Shown in pieces: positions 56,024 through 64,000 of a DNA stretch of 64,000 nt; position 1 is the stretch's first letter; each line of letters starts with the position of its first letter. Under the pieces are notes generated by a model. It made no database searches. It was not told where the DNA came from and saw nothing but the letters and a program-made list of their open reading frames with translations. The stretch is taken from contig CAIOYC010000027.1 of assembly GCA_903862425.1 (NCBI GenBank), positions 1 through 64,000 of the forward strand, given 5' to 3'. This DNA comes from an uncultured Caulobacterales bacterium. Lineage in GTDB: Bacteria; Pseudomonadota; Alphaproteobacteria; Caulobacterales; Caulobacteraceae. Made by a program: the position numbers and the translations under genes.

Positions 56024-58888
56024 CTAGCGGCGCTTGGTCAGGTCCGCCCGGTCGAAGTCCAGCTTGTCCGCCGGGATGATCACCGCGCTTGGATAGCGCG
56101 CCTTCAGCTTCGCGGCGAACAGCTTGGCGTCGCCGACGATGATCAGACTGGCCTTGGACGGATTCACCGCCTCGATCGCCGCAGCCTGGGCCTCGGCGGG
56201 GGTGACGGCGGCGGTCTTTTGCGTGAAGCGGCCGATCTCATCCAGCGGCACGCCGTTGATGGCGTAGTCGGTGAGCAGGTTGGCGAGGCCGGCGGAGGTC
56301 TCCACCTCGCGGCCGAAGCCGCCGATCAGCGCGGCCTTGCGCGGTTCGAGCTCGGATGCGGCGATGGGTTCGGCTCCGAGCTTCTTCGCCTCACCCATCA
56401 GCAGGTCCGCCACATCCACGGCGCTCTCGTTCTTGGTCTGGGCCGAGGCGGTGAACAGGCCGCCCTGCGCCCGCTCGTCCACCCGGCTGTTCGCGCCATA
56501 GGACAGGCCGCGCTTGACCCTGATCTCCTCGTTCAGACGGGCGGAGTAACCGCCGCCGAGCACGCCATTGGCTACCTCGACCTTGTAGTAGTCGGGGTTG
56601 GACCGCTTGATCGACGGCGCGACGACGACGACGGCCGCCTGGCCCGAGCCCGGCAGGTCGATGACGGTGACGCTGGGCGCGGCAAGGCGGACGGGGGATT
56701 CGCCGGACGCCGTCACCGTGTCGGTCTTCCAGGCGCCGAAGTTCTTTTCGGCCAGGGCGAACGCGTCGTCCGGGGCGATGTCGCCGGTGATGACCAACAC
56801 CGCTTTGGAGGGCTGAAAGGCGGCCCTGTAGCTGGCCACCACCTCGTCGCGGGTCATCGCATTGACCGAAGCGGGCGTTCCGCCGGAGGTCTGGCCGTAA
56901 TAGCCCGAGCCGAACACCACCTTGGACGCGACCATGCTGGCCACGCCGCCGGGCTGCTTCAGCAAGACCTGCAAGGCGTTGAGCTTCTGGGTGCGCTTGC
57001 GCTCCAGTTCGTCGGCCGCCAGGGTCGGGCGCTGCACCACGTCCGCCATGATCGGCAGGGTGTGGGCGAACTCCTTGGACAGCACGGTCAGAACCACGCG
57101 CGACTGATCATAGCCCGCACCGGCGCCGATGGCGCCGCCCGCCGCCTCGACCTCGGCCGCGATGTCCTCGGCGGAGCGCCCGGCGGCGCCTTCGGTGAGC
57201 AGCGAGGCCATCATGGCGGTGGCGCCGGCCTTGGCGTCGTTCGCCGCGCCGGAGACCACGGACAGTTCGGCGGTGACGATGGGCGCGGCGCTGGTGCGGG
57301 CGACGATGACGCGCAGGCCGTTTGCCAGGGTACGCTCGGCCATGACCGGCGGCGCGACAGCGAGCGGTGCGGTGGGCTTCGGCTCCACGGTGGGCAGGCT
57401 TGTGGGGGCGGGTGGCGCGATGGCGCCGCCGGCCAAGGGCGTGCCGATGGCGTCGAGCGCGGCGGTGTCGTCCGCTATGGGCGCGCCTTTGGGGCGCTCG
57501 CTCTCGGCGCGATAGGTGATGGTCACGCGGCGGTCGGGGGCCAGATAGGTGTTGACCACGCGTGTGACGTCGGCGGACGTCACGGCCAGGATATCGGCGA
57601 TGTCGGTATTGGCGCGGGCCGGATCGCCCTCTACCACGGTATTCTGACCAAGCTCGACGCCGCGGCCGAGGATGGTCTCGCGGCCCTTGAGCTCGGCGGC
57701 CAGGATCTGGTTCTTGGCCCGCTCCAGTTCGGCGGCGGAAGGTGGCGTAACGCGCAGCTTGGCCAGATCATCGAGGATGGCTTTCTCCCCCTCGGCCGGG
57801 GTGTGGCCCTCGGACATGACGGCGCCGGCATAGAAGAGACCGGGCTGCTGGGATTGCCCGGCGTCGGAGAAGGTCTGCTGGGCGATCTGGGACTGGTAGA
57901 CCATGTCCCGATAGAGGCGCGAGGACTTGCCGGTCGTCAGCACGGCATCGAGCACCTGTAGCGCCGGGATATCCGGGCTCTTGGCCTCGGGAACCAGCCA
58001 GGTCATTGCGACGGCGGGCAGGGGCACGGTGGGGCCATAGGTATCCACCGTCTTGGAGCCGGTGCGCGGCGGCTCCTTGATGGTCACGCGAGGCAGGGGC
58101 GCGGCGGGGTTCTGGATCGCGCCGAAGTCCGCGTCGATCCAACGATTCAGCTCCGCCTCGTCATAGTTGCCGACGATCACCAGGGTGGCGTTGTCCGGCC
58201 GATAATAGGTGTCGTGGAAGTTCTTAACGTCCGCCAGGGTCGAGGCGTCGAGATTGGCGATGGAGCCGATGCCGGGGCGCTTGTAGGGGTGGACGGTGTA
58301 GGAGTTGATGGGAATGCCAAGGGCGTAAAAGCGGCCATACGGGTCGGCAAGCACGCGCTGGCGCAACTCCTCCTTCACCACGTCGCGCTCGGACTTGAAG
58401 TTAGCCTCGTCAACCTTCAGCGAGCTCATCCGCTGCGCTTCGGCCCACAGCAGGACCTTCAGGTGGTTGGCGGGGACCAGCTCGTAATAGTCGGTGAAGT
58501 CGTCGGCGGTGGAGGCGTTATTCTCCCCGCCCACATCCTCGGTCAGCCGGTCCATGTGCTCGGCCGCCATGTCGCGGGTGGCCTTGAACATCATGTGCTC
58601 GAACAGGTGGGCGAAGCCGGAGCGACCCTTGGGATCGTCCTTGGAGCCGACGCCGTACCAGACCTGGACGGTGACATTGGGCGTGGTCTTGTCGAGTGCG
58701 GTGAGCACCCGCAGGCCGTTGCCCAGGCGGCGCTCCTTGAAGGGGATCGGTGGGACAGGATTGACGGCTTCAGCACCGGCGGGCGCGGCCAGAGTCGGCG
58801 TCGCCATCAGGGGCGCCAGGGCGGCGCAGCTCAGCAGCGCGATAAGGATGGTTGCGCGGGTCGTCTCGGGGGTGTTTGGGCGGATCAT
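56024..58888 (-). CDS. M16-family zinc metallopeptidase (pitrilysin-like, tandem M16 active/inactive units), secreted
   Basis: Signal peptide. Inverted zinc motif HLFEHMMF. Two M16 repeats. ~955 aa. Confidence 0.8.
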   Translation of the reverse strand: MIRPNTPETTRATILIALLSCAALAPLMATPTLAAPAGAEAVNPVPPIPFKERRLGNGLRVLTALDKTTPNVTVQVWYGVGSKDDPKGRSGFAHLFEHMMFKATRDMAAEHMDRLTEDVGGENNASTADDFTDYYELVPANHLKVLLWAEAQRMSSLKVDEANFKSERDVVKEELRQRVLADPYGRFYALGIPINSYTVHPYKRPGIGSIANLDASTLADVKNFHDTYYRPDNATLVIVGNYDEAELNRWIDADFGAIQNPAAPLPRVTIKEPPRTGSKTVDTYGPTVPLPAVAMTWLVPEAKSPDIPALQVLDAVLTTGKSSRLYRDMVYQSQIAQQTFSDAGQSQQPGLFYAGAVMSEGHTPAEGEKAILDDLAKLRVTPPSAAELERAKNQILAAELKGRETILGRGVELGQNTVVEGDPARANTDIADILAVTSADVTRVVNTYLAPDRRVTITYRAESERPKGAPIADDTAALDAIGTPLAGGAIAPPAPTSLPTVEPKPTAPLAVAPPVMAERTLANGLRVIVARTSAAPIVTAELSVVSGAANDAKAGATAMMASLLTEGAAGRSAEDIAAEVEAAGGAIGAGAGYDQSRVVLTVLSKEFAHTLPIMADVVQRPTLAADELERKRTQKLNALQVLLKQPGGVASMVASKVVFGSGYYGQTSGGTPASVNAMTRDEVVASYRAAFQPSKAVLVITGDIAPDDAFALAEKNFGAWKTDTVTASGESPVRLAAPSVTVIDLPGSGQAAVVVVAPSIKRSNPDYYKVEVANGVLGGGYSARLNEEIRVKRGLSYGANSRVDERAQGGLFTASAQTKNESAVDVADLLMGEAKKLGAEPIAASELEPRKAALIGGFGREVETSAGLANLLTDYAINGVPLDEIGRFTQKTAAVTPAEAQAAAIEAVNPSKASLIIVGDAKLFAAKLKARYPSAVIIPADKLDFDRADLTKRR

Positions 58889-58981
58889 CTTGGCCTTCCA
58901 GAACGCGCCTAAAATCAGTAGCCGGACCGTTATCACGGACCCGGACAGCCGTTTCTAAACTTTCGGTCATGCTCGTCCGCG

Positions 58982-59647
58982 TCAGCCGATGGCGTTGCGG
59001 CAGGCGGCCGCCATGGCGAAGGGGGTCAACGCGGCGGCTCCCAACGCATAGGCGGCGAGGAAGGCCAGGGGCGGTTGCCAGGGCAGGCCCTGGGCCAGGG
59101 CGCTCACCGCCCCTGCACCGAAGATGATCGGCGGGGCGTAGAGCGGCAGCACGATCACCGCCACCAGCACCCCGCCGCGCTTGGCGCCCAGCGCCAGGGC
59201 CGCGCCGGCGCCGCCGAGGAAAGTCATGGCCAGTCCGGCCAGCAAAGCCGTCAGGACGATCAGCGGGGCGAGGGCGAGCGGTGCGCCCAGCGAGACGGCG
59301 ATCACCGGTGACAACAGGGCCAGCGGCGCGCCGTTGGCCAACCACTGTGCGAGGGCCTTGATGGCCGCGGCTACCTCCAGCGGCGGGCCGCCGAGGGCGA
59401 GCAGATCCAGCGCCCCGTCGTCATAGTCACGCTCGAACATCCTTTCGAGCGAAAGCAGGCTCGCCAGGGCCAGGGCGGCGAAGGCGGCGCCGGTGGAGAC
59501 AGCGGCCAGCCTTGACGGTTCTGCGCCCCCCGCCAGCGGCAGCAGGATCGCGGCGCCTGCATAGAAGGCGAGGGCGTTGAGCGGCCCGCCGCCCCGGCCC
59601 CAGGCTAGGGCCAGTTCGCGGCGGAACAGGGCGGCGGTTTTGCTCAC
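58982..59647 (-). CDS. ccmB: Heme exporter protein B (cytochrome c maturation ABC permease)
   Basis: CcmB family 6-TM sequence (MSKTAALFRRELALAWGRGGGPLNALAFYA). Confidence 0.85.
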   Translation of the reverse strand: MSKTAALFRRELALAWGRGGGPLNALAFYAGAAILLPLAGGAEPSRLAAVSTGAAFAALALASLLSLERMFERDYDDGALDLLALGGPPLEVAAAIKALAQWLANGAPLALLSPVIAVSLGAPLALAPLIVLTALLAGLAMTFLGGAGAALALGAKRGGVLVAVIVLPLYAPPIIFGAGAVSALAQGLPWQPPLAFLAAYALGAAALTPFAMAAACRNAIG

Positions 59648-60261
59648 GCCCCCACCTCGACCATCCGGTGCGGCACGGGCAAGGGGTCGTGGGCGGCGGC
59701 GAGGATCAGGCCGCCGCCTTGGAGGTGATGCGCCATCTGAACCCCCATGGCGGCGCGCCAGCGGGTGTCGAGGGGGGCGAGCGGCTCGTCGAGCAGCCAG
59801 AGGGATCGCGGCGCGGCCTTCAGCCGGGAGAGGGCGAGGCGCCGGCGCTGTCCTGCCGACAGCACCCGAACATCGAGGTCGAGCAGGGGTTTGAGGTCGT
59901 AGGTCTCGATGGCGTCGGCCCTATTCCCTGCTGCTCCCCCCAGCCAGTCGGCCCAGAAGGCAAACTCCTCCCCCGCTTTGCGCTGGGTCTTCAACCCGTC
60001 ATGATGGCCGACGAAATGCAGATCGTTGCTCCGGGCCTCGTCCGGATCGCGCGCCTGGGCGTCTGCACCGAGGAACGCCACCGTCCCTGCATCGGCGCGC
60101 AGCAGGCCGGCGATGGCGCGCAGCAGGCTGGTCTTACCCGCCCCGTTGGCGCCCGCCAGCATCACCGCCTCGCCCGCCCGTACTTCCAGCGAAAGCCCGT
60201 CGAAAAGGCGCCGCACGCCGCGCGACAGGGACAGGTTTTGGATGGCTATACTTGCGATCAA
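59644..60261 (-). CDS. ccmA: Heme exporter ATP-binding protein A (cytochrome c maturation ABC ATPase)
   Basis: Walker A GANGAGKTSLLR. ABC signature. 4-nt overlap with ccmB. Confidence 0.85.
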   Translation of the reverse strand: MIASIAIQNLSLSRGVRRLFDGLSLEVRAGEAVMLAGANGAGKTSLLRAIAGLLRADAGTVAFLGADAQARDPDEARSNDLHFVGHHDGLKTQRKAGEEFAFWADWLGGAAGNRADAIETYDLKPLLDLDVRVLSAGQRRRLALSRLKAAPRSLWLLDEPLAPLDTRWRAAMGVQMAHHLQGGGLILAAAHDPLPVPHRMVEVGA

Positions 60262-60416
60262 TTCGCGACTAGCCCGCCGCTATCGACCTGTTCACAAACC
60301 GGGGCTAAGACACGCCCGCCCACGCGGGACAACCGCTGCATCCAATTGTGGAAGGGGCCGCCGGACGCTGTGTGTCCTGCCGCCCTGTGCGCGATCCCGG
60401 TGGTGATGAGGAGACG

Positions 60417-63128
<2,712 letters not shown>

Positions 63129-63171
63129 GCTCACGAAACGGTGAGGCGCGGGCTGGGGAGAGCAGGCTAAG

Positions 63172-63924
63172 GTGCGGCGGATGAACCATCGGACGCCCGC
63201 GCTGCTCGCCCTTGCCGGGACATCACTGGCTTGCGCCGCGCTGCTCCTGCCTTCGGCAGGCTCGGCGCGGGTGCGCCATCATCGGCCGGCGGTCGTGCGC
63301 CCCGTGCTGGTGGAGCTCTACACCGCACAGGGTTGCGAAGGCTGCCCGCAGGCGGACCTCGCGCTCGGCGAACTGGCCAAGAGGAAGGGCGTCGTCGCCC
63401 TGACCTTCTCGGTGGATATCTGGGACTATACCGGTTGGTCGGATACCTTCGCCCAACCCGAGTTCACCGCGCGCCAGCAGGCCTACGTCAAGCGCATGAA
63501 ACTGCGCGAGATCTATACGCCCGAGATCGTCGTCGATGGCGCGGCCGAGGCCGCAGGCTCGGACAAGGATGCCGTGGCCACGCTCATCGACAAGGCCGGC
63601 AAGGTGGCTCTCGTCGGCCCCAGGGTCACGCTCAACCGCGATGGCGACAAGGTTTCCGTCGCCGCGGCGCGGGCATCCGGCGCCGCCGAAGTCTGGCTGG
63701 TGCGCTATGACCCGAAGCTTCGGGAGGTGAAGGTCAAGGCCGGCGACAACAAGGGCAAGACTGTCATCGTCGCCAACGCGGTGAAGGAACTGGTCAGGCT
63801 CGGAGTGTGGCGTGGCAAGGCCAAGCATTACGACCTGCCCGACGCCACCGCTGACGGTCTGAAGACCGTGGTCCTGGTGCAGGGCATCCGCGGCGGCCGG
63901 GTCATGTCGCTTGGTAAGAACTGA
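63172..63924 (+). CDS. DUF1223 domain secreted protein (thioredoxin-like fold, CxxC)
   Basis: Signal peptide. ELYTAQGCEGCPQAD motif typical of DUF1223. Confidence 0.7.
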   Translation: MRRMNHRTPALLALAGTSLACAALLLPSAGSARVRHHRPAVVRPVLVELYTAQGCEGCPQADLALGELAKRKGVVALTFSVDIWDYTGWSDTFAQPEFTARQQAYVKRMKLREIYTPEIVVDGAAEAAGSDKDAVATLIDKAGKVALVGPRVTLNRDGDKVSVAAARASGAAEVWLVRYDPKLREVKVKAGDNKGKTVIVANAVKELVRLGVWRGKAKHYDLPDATADGLKTVVLVQGIRGGRVMSLGKN

Positions 63925-63958
63925 CCACCCGCTTCACCGCCGGCGATCGCGCACAAAA

Positions 63959-63993
63959 GAGCCCGCGCGGTAGAGGGGCGACCGCGCGGGCTC
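63959..63993 (+). terminator. Stem-loop GAGCCCGCGCGG-N11-CCGCGCGGGCTC after DUF1223 gene
   Basis: 12-bp perfect stem read from sequence, followed by aTTTcc. Confidence 0.5.
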
Positions 63994-64000
63994 ATTTCCG

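Overview
This 64-kb window is a high-GC (~65-68%) chromosomal segment with Caulobacterales-like or other alphaproteobacterial gene content, densely packed with mostly housekeeping genes. In order: a DinG/Rad3-family helicase closely followed by a class I lysyl-tRNA synthetase; a secreted methyltransferase; an SDR oxidoreductase; an S24 (LexA-like) repressor with an EamA transporter; a POT peptide transporter; a PAP2 acid phosphatase; a thiolase; a flotillin-like SPFH protein; a diheme cytochrome c followed by an S9 dipeptidyl peptidase; a ~10.6-kb Wzx/Wzy-type polysaccharide locus (Wzy/ligase-like protein, WecB-family glycosyltransferase, Wza, Wzc, Wzx, two FkbM methyltransferases, a priming glycosylphosphotransferase and an OafA-type acyltransferase); an SRPBCC protein; an Lhr-like ligase-associated DEXH helicase; a GST; ApaG; an FKBP lipoprotein; IlvA; an HTH-citrate-synthase-like fusion; an alpha/beta hydrolase; MoeB; an Ada-like AraC-MGMT protein; Kup; an Rrf2 regulator with a WrbA-like flavoprotein; the giant NAD-glutamate dehydrogenase (1618 aa); an AI-2E transporter; MetK; PolA; a low-GC ORFan; FabB and FabA; an M16 peptidase; CcmB and CcmA; aconitase AcnA; and a DUF1223 protein. 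I found no rRNA, tRNA, CRISPR array or intact mobile element. The observations most worth a second look are two GTTC-N7-GTTTC motifs resembling the alphaproteobacterial LexA box, one upstream of each DNA-repair helicase; a hairpin-rich inverted-repeat element in the >550-bp leader upstream of the dinG-like gene; an orphan S24 repressor co-oriented with an EamA gene, with an AGGA/TCCT palindromic site in its AT-rich promoter; a tandem 15-bp direct repeat in an AT-rich divergent promoter; an HTH-citrate-synthase fusion that retains the catalytic triad; and a ~0.5-kb low-GC ORFan between polA and fabB. Many ORF-track starts are over-extended because of the GC-rich sequence, so I re-set starts where an RBS or homology supports it. 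Start positions derived from the ORF-track protein index are exact. Positions I read by eye for motifs and hairpins may be off by 1 nt.
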